A stretch of DNA of 64,000 nucleotides from assembly GCA_951406725.2 (NCBI GenBank), contig OX597815.1:214396001-214460000 (forward strand), given 5' to 3'. The translations under genes and the position numbers were made by a program. Each line of letters begins with the position of its first letter. The first letter of the stretch is position 1. The notes under the pieces are model-generated. The model was not told the origin of the DNA. It saw only the letters and a list, made by a program, of their open reading frames with translations, and did not search any database. Below are positions 38,156 through 51,362 of the stretch, in pieces. This DNA comes from Octopus vulgaris. Its lineage: Eukaryota.

Positions 38156-39817
38156 GTTATTTATGCCCATATTTCTTCCATTAATTCCTAATCCATTAAA
38201 AATGAATGAAACTAAGATTATAAAATCCGCGAGCAGTTGAGCCTTGTAAAAGCCAGGTACATAGTAAAGTACTTACTGCGACGATCAACATGACTCCATT
38301 AATTTTATATATCCCCTTATTGTCTTTTACCGTATTCAAACTTCTAGTCCAGTGCCGTTAGTTCTGCTTCAGTACAGACGTCAGTTAATATTTGTTCCTT
38401 CAACAGAAGCTAACTATTAAAGATGTTATTTTCTATGCTAGTAAATACGCGACCTGAGTGCACTTGCAGATTCATTTAGTTGGTATTTTCCTAAGTATAA
38501 TTCCACAGGATTTTTATTGTTGATTTTTACATATATTTTTCGCTATAAAATTATAAATTATACTCTTTTTATCATTTTTTTCTTTTTTTTCCTTTTTGGT
38601 TTGCTCTCAGTTGTCCTCTATAAAAACCTACCATTATACCAAATAAACATTATCGATCGAACCCTATGTGGTCGGTATCGGAATTCGATAAGAAAATATA
38701 GTACGCTGCTTAACGAACCTATACTACAGTCCGGTCATCGGCAAAACAGAACCTTTTATTATAAATGAAAAAACACCTTTGCTTTGAAAGATACTTAAAT
38801 ATGCGTGCGTCCTCATACATACATGCATACATACACATGTATGTATGTATATGTATGCATGTATGTGTACGGAAATGTGAATGCAATCGATGTGCGCATC
38901 TGCGTGTTTGGGCGTGTAAGATTATAAACACATGCACATTATATATGCACACAAATACACACAAGCATATACACGCATACAGGTGATTTTTGTGTGTGCG
39001 TGTGTTTTTGTGTGTGTGTGTTTGCAACACTGAATAATATATAACATTATAAGAAGTATAAGAACAGTTAGAGAGCTAAATATACTGCCTGTGTTTGTGT
39101 ATGCGTAGGGGGGATTCTAAATGCGTGTAGTTATGTGAGTTCATAGGTCTGTGTGTAGGTATGAGGTGTTTGCAGGTATGCGTGCATAGATATGTCCGTG
39201 CATGTGAAGGCGGTTATGTTTGTGTTTGTTTGCATTCCTTTGTCGACATCAACCTATTTTAAAAGTATTCTTTCATTAAAAGAAATCTCTAAGCTGTTGT
39301 TCTAAAAACTCTTCCCTGAAATTTTATATATTTCGTTTCCGAATAACTGTTTTAAAGGTAAAATGTTAAATTTGAGAAAATTCTCTTTTCGGTTGATTCG
39401 ACGCTTCCGTATGGATCTAAATCCAAGAATCTCCACATTGAAGACCCCTTTCGAACCTGAGTTATTTCTTTCTTTTGATTTTATTTATTTATTGTTTTTC
39501 TTTTTTTATGCTAGATATGGGCATGGTTGTACCGTTAACAAACTCGTTTTGCGACCACGTTATTTCGTTTTTAGTTCCTACTTATAACTTTGGGCCGACC
39601 GATGACTTGTTAATGAATTTCGTACACGGAAACTGTGTGGAAATCCATCGTATATATGTGTGAGCGTGTGTGTGTTTTCATGGTTGTGTTTTTATCTCAA
39701 TTGACCGCTTGAGAACTAGCGTTGGTTTGTTTATGTTCCCCTAACTTCACATTACTGCATATCTTTTCTCTACTGTATTTTCATCTTATTCCATACTCCT
39801 TCTTCTGTTTTCTTACG

Positions 39818-40202
39818 TTATTACCTCTGCCAAGGAAGGAAGTTATGTTTTCATTGGCGTTGGTTTGTCTGTCTGTCGTCTGTGTGCAAAATAACTCAAA
39901 AGGTTGTGAACAGTATTTGATGAAACTTGCAAGAAAAGTTGTTATAACACAAGGAACAGATAATGAAATTTCGGTAGATATCCAGGAATTTTATGGATTC
40001 TTGAAGGATTCTTCATTTGTTATATTTACTTTACATGAAGTATTACAATGTTACGTTCTTTGATTATCTCCCTTGAAAACACGTTCATCGTTTCCACGTA
40101 ACCTATGGTGGCGTTTATTATCGTTTCTCTATTAGTAATTTTACTCGCGTATCTATCTCAAAATTAGCTGCTTGGTGGAGGCCTGCGCTCTACGAGTGCT
40201 TT
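39818..40202 (+). mobile_element. Non-autonomous Helentron-type (HINE/DINE-like) element
   Basis: Subterminal inverted repeats ACCTCTGCCAAG / CTTGGTGGAGGC, internal GTCT repeat, 3' hairpin GCGCTC-TAC-GAGTGC followed by a T run. Confidence 0.7.
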
Positions 40203-40206
40203 TCCA

Positions 40207-43200
40207 ATTCCATATCTTGTCGCTGATGTTTTCTCGCGTTATTCCATATCACTTCTCTTCTGTTTTCTTACGTTATTCCATATCCCTTCTCTTCTGTTTT
40301 CTCGCGTTATTGCATATCCCTTCTCTTCTGTTTTCTTACGTTATTCCATATCCCTTCTCTTCTGTTTTCTTACGTTATTCCATATCCCTTCTCTTCTGTT
40401 TTCTTACGTTATTCCATATCCCTTCTCTTCTGTTTTCTTACGTTATTCCATATCACTTCTCTTCTGTTTTCTTACGTTATTCCATATCCATTCTCTTCTG
40501 TTTTATTACGTTATTCCATATCCCTTCTCTTCTGTTTTCTTACGTTATTCCATATCCCTTCTCTTCTGTTTTCTTACGTTATTCCATATCCCTTCTCTTC
40601 TGTTTTCTTACGTTATTCCATATCCCTTCTCTTCTGTTTTCTTACGTTATTCCATATCCTGTCGCTGCTGTTTTCTCACGTTATTCCATATCCCTTCTCT
40701 TCTGTTTTATTACGTTATTCTATATCTTGTCGCTGCTGTTTTCTCGCGTTATTCCATATCCTTTCTCTTCTGTTTTATTACGTTATTCCATATCCTGTCG
40801 CTGCTGTTTTCCCACGTTATTCTATATCCTTTCTGCTGTTTTCTCGCGTTATTCCATATCCTTTCTTTTCTGTTTTCTTACGTTATTCCATATCCCTTCT
40901 TTTCTGTTTTCTTACGTTATTCCATATCCCTTCTCTTCTGTTTTCTTACGTTATTCCATATCCCTTCTCTTCTGTTTTCTTACGTTATTCCATATCCCTT
41001 CTCTTCTGTTTTCGTACGTTATTCCATATCCCTTCTTTTCTGTTTTCTTACGTCATTCCATATCCCTTCTCTTCTGTTTTCTTACGTTATTCCATATCCT
41101 GTCGCTGCTGTTTTCTTACGTTATTCCATATCCCTTCTCTTCTGTTTTCTTACGTTATTCCATATCCCTTCTCTTCTGTTTTTTTTACGTTATTCCATAT
41201 CCCTTCTCTTCTGTTTTCTTACGTTATTCCATATCCCTTCTCTTCTGTTTTCTTACGTTATTCCATATCCCTTCTCTTTTGTTTTCTTACGTTATTCCAT
41301 ATCCCTTCTCTTCTGTTTTTTTACGTTATTCCATATCTCTTCTCTTCTGTTTTCTTACGTTATTCCATATCCCTTCTCTTTTGTTTTCTTACGTTATTCC
41401 ATATCCCTTCTCTTCTGTTTTCTTACGTTATTCCATATCTCTTCTCTTCTGTTTTCTTACGTTATTCCATATCCCTTCTCTTCTGTTTTCATACGTTATT
41501 CCATATCCCTTCTCTTCTGTTTTATTACGTTATTCCATATCCCTTCTCTTCTGTTTTCTTACGTTATTCCATATCCCTTCTCTTTTGTTTTCTTACGTTA
41601 TTCCATATCCCTTCTCTTCTGTTTTCTTACGTTATTCCATATCTCTTCTCTTCTTTTTTCTTACGTTATTCCATATCCCTTCTCTTCTGTTTTATTACGT
41701 TATTCCATATCCCTTCTCTTCTGTTTTATTACGTTATTCCATATCTTGTCGCTGCTGTTTTCTCACGTTATTCTATATCCTTTCTGCTGTTTTCTCGTGT
41801 TATTCCATATCCCTTCTCTTCTGTTTTCTTACGTTATTCCATATCCCTTCTCTTCTGTTTTCTTACGTTATTCCATATCCCTTCTCTTCTGTTTTCTTAC
41901 GTTATTCCATATCCCTTCTCTTCTGCTTTCATACGTTATTCCATATCCCTTCTCTTCTGTTTTCTTACGTTATTCCATATCCCTTCTCTTCTGTTTTCTT
42001 ACGTTATTCCATATCCCTTCTCTTCTGTTTTCTTACGTTATTCCATATCCCTTCTCTTCTGTTTTCTTAAGTTATTCCATATCCCTTCTCTTCTGTTTTC
42101 TTACGTTATTCCATATCCCTTCTCTTCTGATTTTATTACGTTATTCCATATCCCTTCTCTTCTGTTTTCTTACGTTATTCCATATCCCTTCTCTTCTGTT
42201 TTTCTTACGTTATTCCATATCCCTTCTCTTCTGTTTTCTTACGTTATTCCATATCCCTTCTCTTCTGTTTTCTTACGTTATTCCATATCCCTTCTCTTCT
42301 GTTTTCTCACGTTATTCTATATCCTTTCTGCTGTTTTCCCGTGTTATTCCATATCCCTTCTCTTCTGTTTTCTTACGTTATTCCATATCCCTTCTCTTCT
42401 GTTTTCTTACGTTATTCCATATCCCTTCTCTTCTGTTTTCTACGTTATTCCATATCCCTCTCTTCTGTTTTCTTACGTTATTCCATATCCCTTCTCTTCT
42501 GTTTTCTTACGTTATTCCATATCCCTTCTCTTCTGTTTTCTTACGTTATTCCATATCCTTCTCTTCTGTTTTTTACGTTATTCCATATCCTCTTCTGTTT
42601 TCTTACGTTATTCCATATCCCTTCTCTTCTGTTTTCTTACGTTATTCCATATCCCTTCTCTTCTGTTTTCTTACGTTATTCCATATCCCTTCTCTTCTGT
42701 TTTCTTACGTTATTCCATATCCCTTCTCTTCTGTTTTCTTACGTTATTCCATATCCCTTCTCTTCTGTTTTCTTACGTTATTCCATATCCCTTCTCTTCT
42801 GTTTTCTTACGTTATTCCATATCCTTCCTTCTGTTTTCTTACGTTATTCCATATCCTTCTCTTCTGTTTTCTTACGTTATTCCATATCCCTTCTCTTCTG
42901 TTTTCTTACGTTATTCCATATCCCTTCTCTTCTGTTTTCTTACGTTATTCCATATCCCTTCTCTTCTGTTTTCTTACGTTATTCCATATCCCTTCTCTTC
43001 TGTTTTCTTACGTTATTCCATATCCCTTCTCTTCTGTTTTCTTACGTTATTCCATATCCCTTCTCTTCTACGTTATTCACTTCCTTCTCTTCTGTTTTCT
43101 TACGTTATTCCATATCCCTTCTTCTTCTGTTATTCCATATCCTCTCTTTTCTTACGTTATTCCATATCCCTTCTCTTCTGTTTTCTTACGTTATTCCATA

Positions 43201-45315
43201 TCCCTTCTCTTCTTCTGTTTTCTTACGTTATTCCATATCCCTTCTCTTCTGTTTTCTTACGTTATTCCATATCCCTTCTCTTCTGTTTTCTTACGTTATT
43301 CCATATCCCTTCTCTTCTGTTTTCTTACGTTATTCCATATCCTGTCTCTTCTGTTTTCTTACGTTATTCCATATCCCTTCTCTTCTGTTTTATTACGTTA
43401 TTCCATATCCCTTCTCTTCTGTTTTATTACGTTATTCCATATCCCTTCTCTTCTGTTTTCATACGTTATTCCATATCCCTTCTCTTCTGTTTTCTTACGT
43501 TATTCCATATCCCTTCTTTTCTGTTTTCTTACGTCATTCCATATCCCTTCTCTTCTGTTTTCTTACGTTATTCCATATCCCTTCTCTTCTGTTTTCTTAC
43601 GTTATTCCATATCCCTTCTCTTCTGTTTTCTTACGTTATTCCATATCCCTTCTCTTCTGTTTTCTTACGTTATTCCATATCCCTTCTCTTCTGTTTTCTT
43701 ACGTTATTCCATATCCCTTCTCTTCTGTTTTCTTACGTTATTCCATATCCCTTCTCTTCTGTTTTCTTACGTTATTCCATATCCCTTCTCTTCTGTTTTC
43801 TTACGTTATTCCATATCCCTTCTCTTCTGTTTTCCTATCCTTTTTCGTTATTCCATATCCTTTCTTCTGTTTTCTTACGTTATTCCATATCCCTTCTCTT
43901 CTGTTTTCTTACGTTATTCCATATCCCTTCTCTTCTGTTTTATTACGTTATTCCATATCCCTTCTCTTCTGTTTTCTTACGTTATTCCATATCCCTTCTC
44001 TTCTGTTTTCTTACCTTATTCCATATACTGTCGCTGCTGTTTTCTTACGTTATTCTATATCCTTTCTGCTGTTTTCTCGCGTTATTCCATATCCTTTCTT
44101 TTCTGTTTTCTTACGTTATTTCATATCCCTTCTCTTCTATTTTCTTACGTTATTCCATATCCCTTCTCTTCTGTTTTCTTACGTTATTCCATATCCCTTC
44201 TCTTCTGTTTTCTTACGTTATTCCATATCCCTTCTCTTCTGTTTTCTTACGTTATTCCATATCCCTTCTCTTCTGTTTTCTTACGTTATTCCATATCCCT
44301 TCTCTTCTGTTTTTTTACGTTATTCCATATCCCTTCTCTTCTGCTTTCTTACGTTATTCCATATCCCTTCTCTTCTGTTTTCTTACGTTATTCCATATCC
44401 TTGCTGTCGCTTCTGTTTTGTCACGTTATTCTATATCCTTTCTGCTGTTTTCTCGCGTTATTCCATATCCTTTCTTTTCTGTTTTCTTACGTTATTCCAT
44501 ATCCCTTCTCTTCTGTTTTCTTACGTTATTCCATATCCCTTCTCTTCTGTTTTCTTACGTTATTCCATATCCCTTCTCTTCTGTTTTATTACGTTATTCC
44601 ATATCCCTTCTCTTCTGTTTTCTTACGTTATTCCATATCCCTTCTCTTCTGTTTTCTTACGTTATTCCATATCCCTTCTCTTCTGTTTTCTTACGTTATT
44701 CCATATCCCTTCTCTTCTGTTTTCTTACGTTATTCCATATCCCTTCTCTTCTGTTTTCTTACGTTATTCCATATCCTGTCGCTGCTGTTTTCTTACGTTA
44801 TTCTATATCCTTTCTGCTGTTTTCTCGCGTTATTCCATATCCTTTCTCTTCTGTTTTCTTACGTTATTCCATATCCCTTCTCTTCTGTTTTCTTACGTTA
44901 TTCCATATCCCTTCTCTTCTGTTTTCTTACGTTATTCCATATCCCTTCTCTTCTGTTTTCTTACGTTATTCCATATCCTGTCGCTGCTGTTTTCTCACGT
45001 TATTCCATATCCCTTCTCTTCTGTTTTCTTACGTTATTCCATATCCCTTCTCTTCTGTTCTATTACGTTATTCCATATCTTGTCGCTGCTGTTTTGTCAC
45101 GTTATTCTATATCCTTTCTGCTGTTTTCTCGTGTTATTCCATATCCCTTCTCTTCTGTTTTCTTACGTTATTCCATATCCCTTCTCTTCTGTTTTCTTAC
45201 GTTATTCCATATCCCTTCTCTTCTGTTTTCTTACGTTATTCCATATCCCTTCTCTTCTGTTTTCTTACGTTATTCCATATCCCTTCTCTTCTGTTTTCTT
45301 ACGTTATTCTATATA
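40207..45315. repeat. 34-bp satellite array, about 150 copies
   Basis: Unit TTATTCCATATCCCTTCTCTTCTGTTTTCTTACG; explains the ORFs with a 34-aa period. Confidence 0.97.
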
Positions 45316-46479
45316 CCTTCCCTATAGTTCATCTACTTCACTATGTCCTTCCTTTATCAAACCTATGTTACGAATATGGTTATCCAACCGACACAATTTA
45401 TTTCATGTTAAGCCATTTTTTGTGTGCTTATATCTATAAACTTGCAGAGATCCGTGTCTGGTAGGTAGTTTTCATTTCTTATTGAACTGATCCACTTTAT
45501 ATACTAGAAAACAATACTAATAAAATAGTAAATAATAAAGTGAGTGCTAGCATACATGATATAATTGCAGACGAAAAATATTTATTTCTTGAAATATTAT
45601 ACTTAGTGATGAGAAAATCAGCTTGTCAATTACTACTTTTAATGAAAAAAAAAAGCAAAATGAAAAGACAAAGTCTCAATTGACTAAAATTAATCAAATA
45701 TTAATCAAATAAGCTGTATGGACTGAATCTGATCTCCATCAGGGCGACGACAATTTGGAAGTCTTTCGATGTTATTAACCATCTTTAGCGAAACTATTTC
45801 TGCTAAACTTAGATAAACGGAAAAATACAGAAAGTTTTGTACGAAAATAAAGACTGGCTTCGTAAATTAAAGGATTATTCACAAAATACTTTGGAACACC
45901 CGCTGCACGGAAAAGTAGTAGTGAAGTGTTGCTAATCGTTTTCCAAATCACTTATTCTACTCATAAAATAGCAGAGTGGGTAAGGCCAAAATTGTAATTA
46001 ATTAAAACATTGAATTATGAAATGCAGAGAAGAGCAAAATGAATTTGTTTTGAGTTAGCTTGACTTTATACTTTATATAAAATCGAAACAATCATAAGCA
46101 ATTCAATGACCACATATTAAATAATTGCAGGAGATGACTTCGTTTTTAGAGTTTACTTTCTACTCATTTTTGCGTTGTTTATCACGGTATACAAGAGATG
46201 TTTCCATTTTAGTCCAGTAGTTTTTCAATCATTTTAGCTCTAGGCACTCCTTTTCAGGGAATGTTTTTCTACAAATGCCTCTTCTTTATGTTTTTCTAAG
46301 AAAAAAGTAGATTATATAAATCAGTCAGAATATTTTATCCATGTTCTTTATACTATTCTATCCAGCATGTGAACTAGAACCACTTTGTTAGATTTTCATA
46401 GAAATTATTTTTTAAAAAGACGGAAGGCTTTATATAATGTCATTGTATTTAACCTTGCCGTATGTATACATACACACAC

Positions 46480-46537
<58 letters not shown>

Positions 46538-46789
46538 GAGATCGATAGTACTATTAAAAGTACCATCGCTAGTGGCAGCGAATATAAACCGTGCAGGCAA
46601 ATTAATAAATATATATATATATATATATAATGGAGAAATTATACGAAATGTATAGATAGGTGATGAGCAAAGCACCGGCACAGTATCGATTCCCTGTTGT
46701 TATCCGTAGATTTATTGCAGGAACTTCGTGGTGGCGGTTGGGGTAACAGTATTAAAAATATAGATGGAATGAGTAAAATATTTTATTAG

Positions 46790-46832
46790 GTACTACATAT
46801 GTTTCCACCCGTTCTGGGTCTCTTCGGGTGCA
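46790..46832 (-). ncRNA. Degenerate minimal hammerhead
   Basis: GCAC-CCGAAGA-GACCC(AGAAC)GGGTG-GAAA-CATATG-TA-GTAC followed by AATAAA; palindromic CATATG. Confidence 0.55.
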
Positions 46833-46926
46833 TCAATAAAAAAAGTATTACTAGAAATTTTATGATTCAGCTTTACCTACCGCTATATGTCCATCAGATT
46901 CGATTTTTAATAGTACTATCGCTCTC

Positions 46927-46973
<47 letters not shown>

Positions 46974-46975
46974 CG

Positions 46976-47307
46976 TGAAGGCACATGGCTCAGTGGTTAG
47001 AGCGTCGAGCTTACGATCGTGAGGTTGTGAGCTCGAATGCCGGACCGGGCTGCCTGTTGTGTTCTTGAGCAAGACACTTTATTTCACGTTGCTCCAGTTC
47101 ACTCAGCTGTAGAAATGAGTTGCAACGACACAGGTGCCAAGCTGTATCGGCCCCTTTGCCTTGGATAACACTGGTGGCGTGGAGAGGGGAGGCGGGCATG
47201 CATGGGCGACTGCTGGTCTTCCATAAACAACCTTGCCCGGACTTGTACCTGGGAGGGGAACTTTCTAGGTGCAATCCCATGGTCTGTGTCGTGACCGAAG
47301 GGGTCTC

Positions 47308-47308
<1 letters not shown>
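46976..47308 (+). mobile_element. tRNA-derived SINE (family D1)
   Basis: TGGCTCAGTGG A box and TTGAGCAAGACACTT core; homologous to 10105-10438. Confidence 0.85.
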
Positions 47309-47354
<46 letters not shown>

Positions 47355-47363
<9 letters not shown>

Positions 47364-47742
47364 TATATAGAGGGTACTACTATTCATAGATACCGCACGC
47401 TAGGAGGGGCCCTTGCGGCCATAACTACTAAAATAAACAAACTGTACCGAATGCGAAACTTCAAAGCAAGTCATTTAAAAAAGGAATTTAGTTACATATC
47501 ACTCGTGGTTTCGCAATTAATGCAGAATATGCAGAATATGCTCATCAGTGCAACAAACTCTGATGCATATTCTGTATTAATTGCGAAATCACAAGTGATA
47601 TGTAACTAAATTCTTTTTTAAATGACTTGCTTTGAAGTTTTGCATTCGGTACAGTTTGTTTATTTTAGTAGTTATGGCCGCAAGGGCCCCTCCTAGCGTG
47701 CGGTATCTATGAATAGTAGTACCCTCTATATAATATAAATAA
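47355..47742. repeat. Near-perfect inverted repeat with arms of about 180 bp (pseudo-LTR-like)
   Basis: 47355-47532 is the reverse complement of about 47564-47742. Confidence 0.92.
47491..47554 (-). ncRNA. Type I hammerhead ribozyme
   Basis: GTTGCA-CTGATGA-GCA..TGC-GAAA-CCAC-GA-GTGA-TA^TGTAAC; the inverted arm shows the fully paired TCAC/GTGA version of stem III. Confidence 0.75.
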
Positions 47743-48527
47743 ATATTTTCAGAGTGGAAAAATTTACGGATTTTTTCTCTTACGAGGTTTTTCACGCTAA
47801 CTACTGATAATTTCTTATAAAGATTTTATCCTCAATTTTAAATATATATATATATATACATACGTACATACATCATAATACATACATACATACATACATA
47901 CATACATACATACATACATACATACATACAAGGGTACTACATGAGCACTTGCATCGCTAAAAGTAGGGGTAAAAAATACTTCTATACCACAGAATAGTCA
48001 CAAAATTAATACAGGCATGATACGAAACAATTTCAGTGAACAATAATATCGTCTCACCTCTGCTAGTTCAGCAAAAATAATGCTGGTTAATTTGAAATCA
48101 TGATTTCGAACTTAGCGCCAAATGGTTCCTGATTCTCTTCATCCAAATCCGCCAGTGAACGACTACTAAAATTTGCCACCACCATGCCTGCAAATTCGTT
48201 TGAAGTGGTCAAACACCACTTAAACAAACGAAATACGTGAAATCATTTATAAATAAATATGAGAGCGATAGTACTATTAAAAATGCCATCACTACTGACA
48301 GCGAATACAAACCGTACAGGCAATTATATATATATATATATATATATATGAAAACTCAAATATACTTTGAAACCCTTCTCTTAAGCTGATTTAGTTCACA
48401 CCCAAGTTTAATTAGATCAGAAAAAGAATTCTACATTATTCTGAGATAGACAAAAAGGACTAAGTGCTGTTTAGTTTCAGGTCAGCGCTGATCGATTGTC
48501 CTATGATAAAGGTCATGAGAATTCCAT

Positions 48528-48574
<47 letters not shown>

Positions 48575-49347
48575 CCATGTATCTGAGTTATTATCCAAAT
48601 TGCTCTTCCGTTTTAAAATGGTGGGATGTGAGTTTCGGAATTTGGGCTGTTGTTTTTAGCAGATCAAGAAAATATGTATATGAACCCACCTTGGTTCGAC
48701 ATTAAAGATATTTCCAGGAGAATGAGTTGTAAATGAATAGCACTCGAGGTGACGTTTTCAATGATAACTCACAAGACTAAAACGTGTTTTGCGAAGAGAG
48801 CGTAAATCAAGTAAATGGTGACCTTGATTTCATAGATCGATATAGCTGAACTGAAAACAAATCAACTTCTTTATTTTATTTATTTTCCTTCTCTGTTTTT
48901 AAGTTAAATCTGCTCTGCAGAGATGTGTTTGTTTATTCATTTATTTATTTGTTTAATACTATCATGGAATAACAGGTAATAAAAAATAGAATTGAGGAAA
49001 CCCGTTGGAAATGCGAGCCAGAAATATTTTATTTTAGTTTATAAAGAGACATTGTGACGGATAAACAACGTCAGCGCAATGGTAAACCAGATACCTCTAT
49101 AGCAAGTAGAAAAAAGAAAAACATTAAACGAAAAATAACAACAAAAACAACATGAAAATAACTTCAGTTGAAATTTTAACAGATCAGTTTTAGCGGAATA
49201 ATTCAAGCTTCTTATTGATATTTGATTTCCCTCCCATCCATGAAAACACACGAAAATATGCTACTTAATTTTCTAAATCAAACATGTATGCGCTAACATT
49301 CACCTAAATTTCAATGACAGAAACAAAAGCACCAAATTTTTTTGAGG

Positions 49348-49385
<38 letters not shown>

Positions 49386-50024
49386 CATGTATGTATGTGT
49401 ATATATTTAATAAAGAGAAGGTAAAATAAACAAATGAATATAGAAATTTAGGCTTGGAAACACTGGTTTATATAAATAAATGCAACGAGTAAAACGAAAA
49501 TATGGCATATGTGTTTATACAAAGTCTAGTGAGACAAACTAGATCAATGTTATTTTTCGTGTCAACAACAAAAGCCGTACGTAATTGCTCAATATGTTAA
49601 CATGCTGAAAACAGCAACCTTATCTTCCTCAGTTTACACATTACTTTCTCGAAGGAAATAACACAATATAGGCTGAGAAATTTTCATTAATTGTGGGGTT
49701 AAATTTTTTCATTAAAGTTAAGAAGCGACCGACGACAGCTTACTGTAATTATTAGTTATACAAATTTAGATTTCAAATTTTGGTACAAGATGAGCAAGTT
49801 CAAGAAAGTCCAATACTCAACAGTACTTATTTTATCGACCTCAAAAGGATGAAAGGCAAAGTTGAGCTCGGCGGAATTTGAACTCAGAACGTAAAGCTAA
49901 TGACTCTGCCAGCTCGCCGCCTTTAGTAACGCTGGTATTATTACATAAAAAAATTAGGATATAAAATTGTGGACAAAACAACGGAGACCTGTGACAGAAA
50001 TGTTTCATGAAAATGCTTACTGTA

Positions 50025-50085
<61 letters not shown>

Positions 50086-50308
50086 TGTATGTATGTATGT
50101 ATGTATGTATGCATATATATATGTGTGTGTGTGTGTGTGTGTATACGCCCACACGCATATATATACATATATATATAAATGTATATTTTATACTTACATA
50201 TATATATATTAGTAAAAACGGTAAGATAACAAAAGAAAGAAAGAGACCTCAATATTATGTAAATAGAGGAAATTTATCTGTAAAATAATATGTTACAATT
50301 ATTCAATA

Positions 50309-50376
50309 GCCAAGATAAAACTCTGAATTTCGGATGCCGAGGTGGAAATCCACAAAACTATCTCTTCGGTTATCTG

Positions 50377-50378
<2 letters not shown>
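50309..50378 (-). ncRNA. Degenerate hammerhead
   Basis: GCCAGATAA-CCGAAGA-GAT..ATCC-GAAA-TTC-A-GAG-TT^TTATCTTGGC. Confidence 0.5.
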
Positions 50379-50416
<38 letters not shown>

Positions 50417-50439
50417 TATATATATATATATATATATAT

Positions 50440-50476
<37 letters not shown>

Positions 50477-50519
50477 ACAATTAGTTTTAAATCTCTGAGT
50501 GAGAAGTAGGTAGTAACAC

Positions 50520-51090
50520 CACTACAGTGTAAAATCTATTTGCCAACGTAAAGTTGCAGTCCTGATTAAGACGATGATAGTACCTTTTTTATTTTAGCCC
50601 CAGGAAAACATCTTTTCCAGCTGACTATTGACGCACATCTGCGTCCTTATACCTCGAACAAGGGAGCTAATGTCCGCACTCAGCCTTAAACGGTACTTGC
50701 GGACCCTGGTTTCTGGGTTATTTCTCTTCATCGGCACAGGATAGCCGTTGGCAACACTAGGCCTTGCTCGAGGTATATACTTTTAAAGTGACACACAGTC
50801 ACTGATCTCATAGAGAGGAGCACAATCATCTTTAAACTTTTGAGCGAGATGTAAGTAATATTGGTACTACAGAGTAAAATCTATTTACCAAAGTAACGTG
50901 GCAGCTTTGATTAAGACGATGTTACTACGTTTCTTAGCCCCAGGAAAATATCTTTTCTAACTGGCTTCCGAGGTATAAGGATGCAGTTGTGCGTCGGTAA
51001 CCAACTGGAGAAGATATTTTCCTGGGGCTAAAAAAAAGGTAGTAACATCGTCCTAATCAGGTCTGCCACTTTACGTTGGCAAATAGATTT
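50520..51090. mobile_element. Direct plus inverted repeat module with an internal degenerate hammerhead (50698-50738, minus)
   Basis: 50521-50625 is repeated directly at 50866-50965, and 50532-50656 is inverted at 50969-51090; TGTG-CCGATGA-A-GAG..GAAA-CC-AG-GG-TC^CGCA. Confidence 0.7.
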
Positions 51091-51100
51091 CTCTCTCTCT

Positions 51101-51169
<69 letters not shown>

Positions 51170-51170
<1 letters not shown>

Positions 51171-51362
51171 TATTTTACTCATTTACTCTTTTACTTGTTT
51201 CAGTCATTTGACTGCGGCCATGCTGGAGCACCGCCTTTAATCGAGCAAATCGACCCTAGGACTTATTCTTTGTAAGCCTAGTACTTATTCTATCGGTCTC
51301 TTTTGCCGAACCGCTAAGTTACGGGGACGTAAACACACCAGCATTGGTTGTCAAGGGATGTT
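51170..51362 (-). mobile_element. SINE family B, 3' part
   Basis: Tail homology. Confidence 0.8.

Noticed and set aside
40172-45464. Long ORFs of 348-1193 aa
   Set aside because: They are artefacts of the stop-free 34-bp satellite, giving the same periodic peptide in all three frames.
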